64,000 bases of DNA from Heterodontus francisci (taxonomy: Eukaryota): positions 7,294,304 through 7,358,303 of the forward strand of contig NC_090418.1 in NCBI RefSeq assembly GCF_036365525.1, written 5' to 3'. The notes beneath the pieces are model-generated. The model was not told where the DNA came from. It saw only the letters and a program-made list of their open reading frames with translations, and made no database searches. The position numbers and the translations under genes were made by a program. Positions within the stretch are counted from its first letter, which is position 1, and every line of letters starts with the position of its first letter. This document shows, piece after piece, positions 50,767 to 61,359 of this stretch.

Positions 50767-51132
50767 CGCCCGGACGGATGGTAAGCAACGTCTCCCAGTC
50801 CCCCTCATCTCTCGCGGTAGCGGAAGGAGAAGTCATCACTCTGAACTGCACCTTATGGACAGCAGCCATGGTCCCAAAACAGCTCAACTTCACCTGGACC
50901 TGGGAGAGGACTGAGGTGTCCTGCCATGTAGAGGCCAATGTTTCTGAATCGTCACAGTGCGATAGTCCTGATTCAAGAGTCTCCATCACAGCTCACTTAG
51001 CAACTAAATCATCAGTCTTAAAGATCAATCAATCAGCTCTGAAGGACAGTGATACCTATAGGTGTCAGGTTAAGATCCTCAAACCTCTCTCCAGAGCACT
51101 TCATGGAAATGGTTCTGTTCTGCTTGTACAGG
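50767..51132 (+). CDS. V-set Ig exon V3
   Basis: 366 nt, phase 1-1, donor GTAGGT. DSDTYRC QVKILKPLSRALHGNGS. 28 of 122 residues differ from V2 by manual count. Confidence 0.92.
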
Positions 51133-51529
51133 GTAGGTACAGTTTAAAGTATATTTCCATTCACTATCTTTCTTACCAAATACAAAATTTTTCTGCATTA
51201 AACTGCATTTGCCACTGATCTGCCCATTTGCACCTTGCCTGTTTAAATCCTCTTGTCATCTCCTTCATTCTCTCTGACAATTTGCACGCTGTAATTTCCG
51301 CCCAATTGCTACCCGATGTCAGGTGGTGAGGGTGGGAGGGGGCATGGGGGATGGTTGAGGGAGGGATAAGAGTTCGGCTGCTGTCCCACCCACTCCCCGA
51401 CATCTGCATCATGTAGGATTGCCAGCTGGACGTGACAGTAAACAGCGAACATGTTGCCCACATTTATGTCTCTACCAATGCCTCATCTTCCATCTCCTCT
51501 AATTTTCTCCTCCAATCACTGACGCAGTT

Positions 51530-51990
51530 TAGCCAGGGTGGTTCAGTTGGTAACATTCTTGTTTCTGAGTCACAAGGTTCTGGATTCAGGTCCAATGCTA
51601 GAACTTAAACACAAAAATCAAGACTGACACTGCAGTGCATTACTGCATTGTCAGTGTTGCTGTATTTTGGATGAGATGTTAAACTGAGGCCCCGTCTGCC
51701 CTCTCAGGTGGACATAAAAGATCCCATGGCTACTTTTTCGAAGAAGAGTAGGGGAGTTCTCCCCGGTGTCCTGGGGCCAATATTTACCCCTCAATCAACA
51801 TCACCGAAACAGATTACCTGTTCATTATCACATTGCAGTTTGTGGGAGCTTGCTGTGTGCAAATTAGCTACCGGGTTTCCTACATTGCAACGGTGATGAC
51901 TCTTCAAAAATATTTCATTGGCTGTAAAGCTCTTTGAGATGTCCGGTGTTCATGAAAGGCACTATATAAATGCAAGTCTTTCTTTCTCTA
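51530..51990 (+). mobile_element. Near full-length Deu-type SINE
   Basis: tRNA-like head GTGGTTCAGTTGGT...GGATTCAGGTCC, core, and TATAAATGCAAGTCTTTC tail. Confidence 0.7.
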
Positions 51991-53916
51991 GTTTCTGGTA
52001 GGCTATGGAGATTCCACCTTCTACACCCCTCCCTTCACACTTCCAAGTTGACTGTCCCCAATCAGTTCATGTCCTTCTCGGATTCATTCATTTTATTTGC
52101 AATGAAGATCTCGAGTAATTTCCCTGTTGCTGACGTTATGTGGACCAGTCGATAACTGCCTGGTTAATTCCTTTCCTCCGAGCTTCAGAAAAGTGTAATA
52201 TTTGTCACTCTGCAGTCCACAAATACCAGTCTCATCTTGGAAGACTTCAATCCGATGGACTCTTCCTACAAACCTCTTTGATACTCTGGGGCACAATCCA
52301 TCTGAGATTCACAAGGAAGGTAGCAATACTGACTGGGCACAACTATCAGGAAGGACTGGAAAGGATGGGACTCTTTTCTCTAAAGTAGAGAACTTTCTCC
52401 TGAACTTTCTCCACTGGGTTTTATTAGTGACTGTCTTATATTAATGGCCTCTGGTTTTGGTCTCCCACACAAGTTGTTTGTATTTGTTCATAGGATGTGG
52501 GTGTCACTGGCTAGGCCAGCATTTATTGAAGGTGGTGGTGCGATGCATTCTTAAACCACTGCAGTCCCTGGGGTGGAAGTACACCCACAGTACTGGCGGT
52601 TCGATACGACTGAATCTCTTGCTAGGCCATTTCAGAGTCACATGTAGGTCAGACCAGGTAAGGACAGCAGATTTCCTTCCCTAAAGGACATTAGTGAACC
52701 AGATGGGTTTTTACAACAATCGACAATGGTTTCATGGTCACCACCAGACTCGCTTTTTAATTCCAGATTTATCAATTGAATTCAAATTTCACAATTTGTC
52801 ATGGTGAGATTCGAACCCATGAGCATTAGAGCATTAGTCTGGGCGCTGGATTACTAGTCCAGTGACGTTGCCACTACGTCACCACCTCCCCCACGTCTTC
52901 TCTACATCGGCACTACCAAAGCCCATTGTGAGCTTAAAAAAAAAGCTTGTCTTTAAAAGTGGTCCGTATGGGCAGGGTTGAGTTGTAAGACTGCAGAAGC
53001 ATGGATGTTGGAACTTAGAAATGTGGTGCCTGAGAGCTGGTCTTCGAGAGTTAGGCAAGGCAACAAACAACAGGGAAAAGAAAACTCTCAAACGTGTCTT
53101 CCAACTGAACTCCAACGTTTAGGCAAGGGGGTCGAAGTAGAAATAGGTGAGTCTGGGGCTGATGTCTCCCGAGCTTTGGTTCATTGTTGGAAGGGAGTGT
53201 GGGTAGGGAAATGAGTGTAAAACCCTCAGAGTAAATGAAGAGGCAGTTGGAATCAGTCTCAGGGACTGTGTGATTCTTTAGATCGAGGGGTTAATGGGCC
53301 TTGACCTCCCATCTTGGTCAACGTTTAGTTGGCTGGCTCCATGCAGAATCATAGAATGGTTCCAGCACAGAAAGGAGACCGTTCAGCCCGTCATCTCTGT
53401 GCCTGCTCTCTGCCGGTAGACTGCTGGTAGGAGCCCGCGAATTGGCCTCAGTGCCTCTAAAGGCGAGGGAAAGGAAGCAGACTTAACACTTGACCCCACT
53501 TGCGGTTGCTTATCTGGATTTGACCTGAGTGCTTTAGCTGCGACCCGGACAAGGTCAGGAGAGGAAGGGGCAAAACATCAAGGCGGAAGGGAAAGAAAGG
53601 GGACAGCGTTGACTGCCTGAAGATCGAACAGGCTCCATAGAAAACAAACCACACTGACCTCCCACCTCACCTCACCTCCCCCCACCCAGTCCCTTCTATT
53701 AGCAGGGAGCAAAATAAGTCAGGAGGAGAAATGGGAGAGTGTAACGAACCCAGACTAACCCTAACCCTAACGCAGCCCTGTCTCCTGATCCGCCTGTACC
53801 GCCTTCCCATTCCCAGGATCCATGAATAAAGCAACCCCTCTCTGCCTGGAGCTGACTGGGCTCCCAATACCACATGTTCATTTCACAAAGTACGGATAAT
53901 GGAACTTCTCTTTCAG

Positions 53917-54033
53917 GGACAATCTTCTCACCACTTCCTGTCTTGTACCAGACAATAGCTGGAGTTTCTGTCATCCTGTTAATCTCCGCAGCGGCGTGTT
54001 TGATCCATTTCTTCATCAAGAGACATAAAAAGG
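53917..54033 (+). CDS. Transmembrane exon GTIFSPLPVLYQTIAGVSVILLISAAACLIHFFIKRHKK
   Basis: 117 nt, acceptor ttctctttcAG, donor G|GTAAAT, phase 1-1. Hydrophobic span with no Arg, Lys, Asp or Glu, then a basic stop-transfer KRHKK. Confidence 0.88.
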
Positions 54034-54193
54034 GTAAATCGACACTCACTTTACTTACATTGCTGAGAATATTTTGCATTTTTTTAAAATATATCTTTTT
54101 GCAGTGAATTCTGTGCTCGTTAAAGGTGATGGATAGAGATGGTGGAACTGAATCTCATTCTCGATTCAACCACCCAGAGTCTGTCAGTTCAGT

Positions 54194-54300
54194 TACAGCA
54201 CGGGGTTAGATACAGAGTAAAGCTCCCTCTACACTGTCCCCATCAAACACTCCCAGGACAGGTACAGCACGGGGGTTAGATACAGAGTAAAGCTCCCTCT
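54194..54300 (+). repeat. About 1.5 units of the 68-70 bp minisatellite
   Basis: Same unit as 10485-11352. Confidence 0.85.
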
Positions 54301-54653
54301 CACACACTTCCAGGAACGGAAATTGCAGAGTGGGAGAGTCTATGATAGATTAACGTGTACATGGGGTATGGAAGGAGAGTAAGTGAGTGGGTAGAGCCCA
54401 TGCTATGGCAGGATGGGCATGGGCTGTCGATCGGAGATAAAATGCGTGGGTTGTGCCCATGACAAGATAGGGGTACAGTGGAAGGAATGCGATTGGTGGG
54501 CCCATTTCCTCTTGCCACACGTTTATGGCCCGTGCGATACCCAACTCAGAGACCCTTCAGATGTAGTAATAACCCAGAGATCTATAATCCATGAGCTGTT
54601 CACAAGCTCTGATTCCTCAGGGCAGCCCATGGCAGACAGATTTCTTTGCTCAT

Positions 54654-54763
54654 TGTGGTTGGTTGCTCACTTCCTGGTTACTGAGAGCTGGAAGCTCAGT
54701 TTCACTTCCTGTTCCGTTTTTCCTGCACTGCTCGGTCTCCAGATGTGTCCATCATTCCAGGAA
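54654..54763. promoter_or_regulatory. Candidate intronic immune enhancer
   Basis: RUNX 54654-54660, ETS ACTTCCTG 54669-54676, ETS-IRF composite AGGAAGTGAAACTG (minus, 54697-54710), E-box CAGATG about 54740, STAT site TTCCAGGAA 54755-54763. Confidence 0.5.
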
Positions 54764-54969
54764 TTTGGGCTTTAAAATAGCGACAAGAAGATGACAGAGC
54801 TGAAATGCTTTCAGCTGCCTGGACTCTAAGCTTCAGAAATCCCCCCCATCAACCTCTCTGCCTCTCTCTCTGCCTCCTTTAATTCACTCCTTAAAACTGA
54901 TGTCTTTGACCCAGCTCTTTGATCACCTGTCCTACTGTCACCGCAGTGTCAAATTTTGTCTGACTCATC

Positions 54970-55385
54970 TCACAGAAAAAATGTTGGAAACACTCAGCAG
55001 GCCTGGCAGCATTGGTGGAGAGAGAAACGGAGTTAACATTTCAGGTCGATGGCCTTTCATCAGAACTGGTAAAAAGTTCTAGATGTGACAGGTTTTAAGC
55101 AAGTACAGTGGGGCGGGGGCGGGGGGGGAATGCCGAGAGGGGAGGAAAGAATAAAAGGGAAGGTCTGTGATGGTGTGGCAGGTAGGAGAGATTAGATAAC
55201 AAATGGGCTGATAGTGCGAGACAAAAGGAGATGTAATGGGACAAGTTAATAAGCAAAAGATGGGTCTAGCGGAGGTGTAAATGGCAACAGCAGAATCATT
55301 AGCAACAGATGCTGTCCAAAGAAAATGGGACCAGTGGTTACGATCTGAAAGTGTTCAACTCAATGTTGAGGCCGGGAGGCTGTAT
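54970..55385 (-). mobile_element. Penelope-like pLTR fragment with a hammerhead-like core
   Basis: Homologous to 43100-43670. Minus strand reads CTGATGA-AAGGCCATCGACCT-GAAA. Confidence 0.6.
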
Positions 55386-55991
55386 TAATGCTCCTGTGAA
55401 GCACCAAGGGATGGTTGGCTTCCTTAAAGGTGCTAAATAAATTCAACTGTTCACATTGGAAGGTCGTGGGTTCAACTCCCCCTCCAGAGACTTGAGCACA
55501 AAAAAATCTCGGCCGACATACCCAGTGCAGTACCGAGGGAGTGCTGCACTGTCGGAGGTATTTTTCACACGAGGCATTAAATCGTGACATCGTCTGCCGC
55601 CTCAGGTGCACTATTTTGAGGCAGAGCACGGGTGTTTTCCTGGTGTCCTGGGTCGAGTTCTATCCCTTAATCACTAAAACAGATGATCAGGTCATTATCA
55701 CATTGTGGGAGCTTGCTGTGCACAATTTTACTGCTGTGCTTCCTATGTTACAACAGTGACTGCACTTCAAAAAGTACTTCATTGGTACTTTATGAATGCA
55801 AATCTTTCTTTTTTGACTTATCTATAATTAAATGCAGCTATCGTACAAACAGATCGACAATGGGAAATACCCACTCTGCCTCACTCTCAGACAGCAGACA
55901 GCACCTCCGACAGTGCAGCACTCCCTCAGTGCTGCACCAGAAGTGTCAGCCTAGATTTTTGCATTTAAAGTTCTGGAGTAGGACTCTGAAC

Positions 55992-57744
55992 TGTTACGAC
56001 CGAGGTGGGAGGAGTGCACTGTCTTTCTGTAGTTCCACTTCCCCACAGGTCACAACATATACTTAAATGTTGTCATGCTAGGCCCCCACCTGCCAAGAAT
56101 GAGGCACATTAATTTTGTCATGAACATTGATTTTAAACTGTTACTGGAGTGAAGAAAGGACTTGTTAAACAGATCAGCCATGGCTGGTAAAGCTATTTGC
56201 AGATTAACAGATAGTGTTTGGAAGGACAAAGGACCATTCCTTGACACATTCAACCCACAATGGACTTTTGATCACCAGACATTGAAGGTGGGGGAGCTCA
56301 CATTCCAGGTTGACTGCTAAGATGGCCGAATACATGAACAGACATGGTCAAACCGGCTAGTCACATCATTAACCTCTGGGCAACTTCAGATTTTTGAATT
56401 TGAACAAACAGTTTGGGCAGAAAATCTGAGAAGATCTCTCTCCTGTCTGCTCCCATCTCTTTCTCACAAGCCTCTGAGTCCACTGAAGACACATGAACCC
56501 CAAGACAGAAAAGTCTCCTACAGTGAACAAGGTTTAAGAAGAATACTGGGCCCCAATGAAAAGCAAGATCTATCTACAATCAAGGACTCTACAGTGAGCT
56601 CGAAGAACCGTAACAACAAACTCCTCAGATATTGTCTCAAACTTTTCCACTTTATTTCTTCTGCTCTGTTCTGTCTCTATCTGCACGTGTGTATCACGTA
56701 TGCATGCTACCGTGAGCGCACCGTATATCCGTAGGCGTCAACGAATTAGAGTTTTACGCTTAGTTTAATAAAGTTCTACTTTTCTTCTTTACACCTAAGA
56801 AAGCCTGTTTGTGCTGGTGTCTTTGCCTTATAATTGGAAAGCGGTGAACAAGGATTCACCAAGGGGGGGCTAAAAACACAGTGTGTTTAAAAATTCAACC
56901 CTGTTACGGTAAGGCTGAAAGGGAACCCTAGACCTCGTTCTCACCTGGTCATAACAATGTGTACCCAGTTACTGCTGTGGCCAATTATATATTCTATCTA
57001 TTTTAATTTCAGAATAAAATCAACCCACCAGGTTTCTTTAATAAACAACAAAAGTACTAATTTATTTTAAAATAAGATTTAGTCAATAAAGATGAAAAGC
57101 TTCGAAATATGACAGGAAATATATATATTCCCTTCTAAATACCCAACACACACAAACACACGCACCAGTTAAAGGAAGAATAGAGATGCTTTGGCCAATG
57201 TACTTGCTAATTCTTGAAGAAAAAGGGTAAGATATGTTATGTTCCAGATGGCGTATAGTCTGGCATCCGAGTACATGTAGACAGGTCACTGGGATCTTTT
57301 CAGAAGCAGTTCATTCAGGAGTTGTCAAGAGGAAGTCTTCCAAAAGCTTCTCTCAGGAGAAATGGGGCATCAGGTGTTTATAGCTATCACACACTGGGCT
57401 TTTTTTGTGCAGGGTTTCTCAGAGAGGTGGAGAAAAGATGAGCTGGGTGATTCTTTCAGCAGGCTACAAACCCAATTGACTCAAAACAGTGTTCAAAAAT
57501 GAAACCCACTCCTGAGCACCATAAACCTTGACATGTCACTTCGCTTGTAAACAGCCAGAAGGCACCTGTTGTTTATTTAGCTGAAGACATGTGACATCCA
57601 GTAAATGTTGTTGTTAAGCTGAGTCCTGCCAGTGACCCTTTACAAAAAAGTCCAGCATCTATGACATCACTTCAGTCCTCCAATGAATCCATCTCCACAA
57701 TTTTAAAACACGAGTCCTCAAAAAATGGAAGCACTTTCATAACA
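55992..57744. mobile_element. LTR-like composite: solo LTR 55992-56956 (TGTTACGACC...GGTCATAACA) plus a second segment ending TTCATAACA, inserted in a SINE
   Basis: TG..CA ends with short inverted termini. GAAC repeated at 55988-55991 and 57745-57748, after which the interrupted SINE resumes. Confidence 0.7.
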
Positions 57745-59147
57745 GAACCTGTGACCGTCTGTCACAGAGGCATGCGTGTTATCCACTGAGTTACAGACAA
57801 CACAAGGGGGACTGTCAGAGAGAGGAGGGGGAGAGACAGAGACAAAGAGAGAGTAAAATGAGACACAACATCATCTTCATTTTGTGATTTTCCAAAATGA
57901 AACGGCGACGAGAGGGCAGCTGTTTGCTTTTTGCATCTCACGCACCATACCCTGTTTGTATAAGTTCGGCTGGAATCTCTCACCGAGAAATGGGAGGTGG
58001 CAACCTGACAAACATTTTGATTTCATTCTCTTTCTCTCCAGTCGTTCTGGCTCTTTCGTTTGCCCCAGTGCCAACCCACGCGGGCGCCTCTCACATGCCA
58101 AGCCTTCAGTGTTGACTTTCAGGCCGGCTATTCGACCGTGTGAGCCTGATCCCGTTCTTGCTTTGTGTATGCTGTGAAGGTCCAGGTTGGCTGCTTTTCC
58201 CCCACACCCACCCCCTTCCCCCACCCCATTCCCTGGTGAGAGCATTCCAACTTCTGCGAAACTCGCTGAGACACGAAAGCCCGCTTTGGCACATTGAAAG
58301 GGAACTCAGTGCTTGGCAACGGTTCGGAAGACGGCAGCATCAGAAACGGGAGCATAAGGGCTGCCTTGGTCCTACCCATGCCGGAACAAACTGCTGCCCT
58401 TCGTGTGTTATGTGCCGCACAGGTTACGCAGCATCAGGTGGCGAGGTAGTGGGCCAAAGTGTGCCAACGTTCACCCCATCTGTCGGGTGATAGGGACACG
58501 GAGTCTGGGACTGCCAGACTGGCAGACGCTGGTTGCATTGACAGAGCCAGCATGTTGCGGTCGGAGTCAGTTAGAAATGAGAAATTGTAATTAAATGGAC
58601 TCAGCTCTGAAACAGAGACCGAGAGGATGAAAATGAACAGCAACCAGAGAGAGAGGGAGGAGAGATTCCAGCAGATGCCAGTTAATGTACTGAACGATTG
58701 TGAAAGGTTCTGGGTTCCAGCCCCACGCCGGAGACCCGAGTAGAGACTCTAAGCCAAAACTCCAGCGCAGTACCGACGGAGCACTGCACTGCCGGAGGCC
58801 CCGTCTTTCAGATGAGACGTTAAACCAAGGTCCCCGTCTGCTGTCTCAGGTGCGCGCGAAAGATCCCGCGGGTCGCTGTTTTGAACAAGAGCGGGGGAGG
58901 GGTGGGAGGGTGGTGGGTGGAGTTCTCCCCAGTGTCGTGGGGCCAACATTTATCCCTCAACTGACATCACTAAAAATGAAAGGATCTGGGCGTCACCACG
59001 TTGCTGTATGTGGGATCTTGCTGTGCGCAGCTTGGTTTCCTGAACCGACAGCAGTTGACGACCTTTCCGTAAAGTGCGGTCTTGTGTTTCTCCAGCATTG
59101 CGTGTGTTTAAATACTCCAGGCTTACTGCTGTAATCTCACTCCTCAG

Positions 59148-59215
59148 GCCATGCTCGGAGTAAGGCACCTCAACAAGCCGGAGGGAACCCGAGGGACAGT
59201 GAAACTGACGCTCAG
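59148..59215 (+). CDS. Short cytoplasmic exon GHARSKAPQQAGGNPRDSETDAQ
   Basis: 68 nt, acceptor ctcctcAG, donor CAG|GTGCGT. Phase 1 to 0 exactly bridges the TM exon and the last exon. Confidence 0.75.
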
Positions 59216-59294
59216 GTGCGTGTATCCCAGTCTCTGAAGCAGCCACCAAGGCCCAGTCAATAGGCCTGTGGGGCACTGAGCTCCTCAGAGCAGC

Positions 59295-59660
59295 AAGGGG
59301 ATGAGGGACTTCAGTTAATGTGGAGAGACTGGAGAAGCTGGGATTGTTCTCCTTAGAGCAGAGCAGGTTAAGGGGAGATTTAGTCGAGGCGTTCAAAATT
59401 ATGAAGGGTTTTGATAGAGTAAATAAGGTGAAACTGTCTCCACTGGCAGGAGGGTTGGTAACCACAGGGCACAGATTTAAGATAATTGGCAAAAAAAAAC
59501 AGGAGGGGAGATGCGGAGAACCTTTTTTTAACGCAGCGAGTTATTGTGATCTGGAACGCGCTGCCTGAAAAGGCAGTGGAAGCAGATTCAATCGTAACTT
59601 TCAAAAGGGAAATTGGAGAAATACTTGAAGGGGAAAAATTTGCAGGGCGTTGGGGAAAAA
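59295..59660 (+). mobile_element. CR1 LINE 3' fragment
   Basis: ERLEKLGLFSLEQSRLRGDLVEAFKIMKGFD. Confidence 0.88.
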
Positions 59661-59667
59661 GCTAACT

Positions 59668-60555
59668 CGTGTCTCTCAGTCCCCCTCTCTCAGGGTGATA
59701 TCTGTACACTGACTGGTGTCTCAAAGTCCCTCTCTCTCAGGGTGATATCGGTACACTGACTGGTGTCTCTCAGTCCCTCTCTCTCAGGGTGATATCTGTA
59801 CACTGACTGGTGTCTCTCAGTCCCTCTCTCTCAGGGTGATATCTGTACACTGACTGGTGTCTCTCAGTCCCTCTCTCTCAGGGTGATATCGGTACATTGA
59901 CTGGTGTCTCTCAGTCCCTCTCTCTCAGGGTGATATCTGTACACTGACTGGTGTCTCTCAGTCCCTCTCTCTCAGGGTGATATCTGTACACTGACTGGTG
60001 TCTCTCAGTCCCTCTCTCTCAGGGTAATATCTGTACACTGACTGGTGTCTCAAAGTCCCTCTCTCTCAGGGTGATATCTGTACACTGACTGGTGTCTCTC
60101 AGTCCCTCTCTCTCAGGGTGATATCTGTACACTGACTGGTGTCTCTCAGTCCCTCTCTCTCAGGGTGATATCTGTACACTGACTGGTGTCTCTCAGTCCC
60201 TCTCTCTCAGGGTAATATCTGTACACTGACTGGTGTCTCAAAGTCCCTCTCTCTCAGGGTGATATCTGTACACTGACTGGTGTCTCTCAGTCCCTCTCTC
60301 TCAGGGTGATATCTGTACACTGACTGGAGTCTCACAGTCCCTCTCTCTCAGGGTAATATCTGTACACTAATTGGTGTCTCAAAGTCCCTCTCTCTCAGGG
60401 TGATATCTGTACACTGACTGGTGTCTCACAGTCCCTCCCTCTCAGGGTGATATCTGTACACTGACTGGTGTCTCAAAGTCCCTCTCTCTCAGGGTGATAT
60501 CGGTACACTGACCGGAGTCTCTCAGTCCCTCTCTCTCAGGGAGATATCTGTACAC
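59668..60555 (+). repeat. 47-bp minisatellite (GTCTCTCAGTCCCTCTCTCTCAGGGTGATATCTGTACACTGACTGGT), about 19 copies
   Basis: Period 47 measured between 59761 and 59808. Highly homogeneous. Confidence 0.97.
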
Positions 60556-60623
60556 ATTAACTTTCTGCTTTTTCTATGCACAGAAGGCTTATTTACCTCC
60601 AATGTCTTTTCTCCCTGGTTCAG

Positions 60624-60782
60624 CGCTCAGCAGAGGTGTTGTATGCAGTGCTGCAGACTCCTGCTTCAGTTCTTCAGGCCCAGCAGAGTGAGGAAACAGC
60701 GTACGCAGAAATCAGACTCTTCGAGCCAGGTCGTCCCCCTGGGGACGGGGTCAGGTCAGTCTACACTGTCGTGCATCAATGA
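60624..60782 (+). CDS. Terminal exon with ITIM (VLYAVL), ITSM (TAYAEI) and ITIM-like (SVYTVV) motifs
   Basis: Acceptor ttttctccctggttcAG, phase 0, 52 aa then TGA. Confidence 0.88.
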   Translation, partial: RSAEVLYAVLQTPASVLQAQQSEETAYAEIRLFEPGRPPGDGVRSVYTVVHQ

Positions 60783-60944
60783 CGGATCAGGAAACCAGGC
60801 CGACACCTGGCATCGACGTCTGAGGATCCAAGTCTGAGGAGAGTCCACACCCAGAGCTGCTCAAAAACCAGCCATCGATCGAAAGGAGAGTTTGCGAGAG
60901 AATTACAGCAGATGAACTGAGCTCCCCCAGGAAACAATCAAGAC

Positions 60945-61250
60945 CCTTGCATTTGTATCGCACCATTCACGACCTCAGTGCACCCCAAAGTGCTTTACAG
61001 CCACTGAAGTACTTTTTGAAGTGTAGTCACTGTTGTCATGTAGCAAACCCAGCAGCCAATCTGCGCACAGCAAGATCCCACAAGCAGCAAAGCCAATCTG
61101 ACAAGATCCCCTGTTTCAGTGATGTTGGTTGAGGGATTAAATATTGGCCCAGGACACAGGGGAGATCTTCCCTGCTCTTCTTCCAAATATTGGCCATGGG
61201 ATCGTTTACACCCACCTGAGAGGGCAGACGGGGCCTCGGTTCTGACGTCT
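60945..61250 (-). mobile_element. Deu-type SINE fragment
   Basis: GCACAGCAAGATCCCAC and CCACCTGAGAGGGCAGACGGGGCCTCGG. Confidence 0.7.
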
Positions 61251-61359
61251 GAGGGGGGAGAAGCTCTCGGCGCAGGAAGGAGACCATCTCCCCACAACCA
61301 CCCCACCAACAACTCTTCATTTTATCTTTACTCTAATCGAGTGACCAAGGCTTTCTAAA

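Noticed and set aside
47021-51132. Tandem V exons as rearranging Ig or TCR V segments
   Set aside because: Each exon already includes the J-like G strand and ends in a splice donor. I saw no heptamer-spacer-nonamer RSS, D or J segments, or C1 exons.
53755-53771. CTAACCCTAACCCTAAC as interstitial telomere
   Set aside because: Fewer than three units, which is within chance.
53874-53916. Longer TM exon starting at the AG ending at 53890
   Set aside because: That acceptor gives phase 2, incompatible with the phase-1 V exons. The acceptor at 53915-53916 fits.
45372-60782. Assigning a symbol (PDCD1, CTLA4, TMIGD2 or NCR3)
   Set aside because: Traits are mixed: PD-1-like tail and exon phases, CD28/TMIGD2-like extra Cys pair, no MYPPPY, no TM Arg. 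Orthology needs a phylogeny and synteny.
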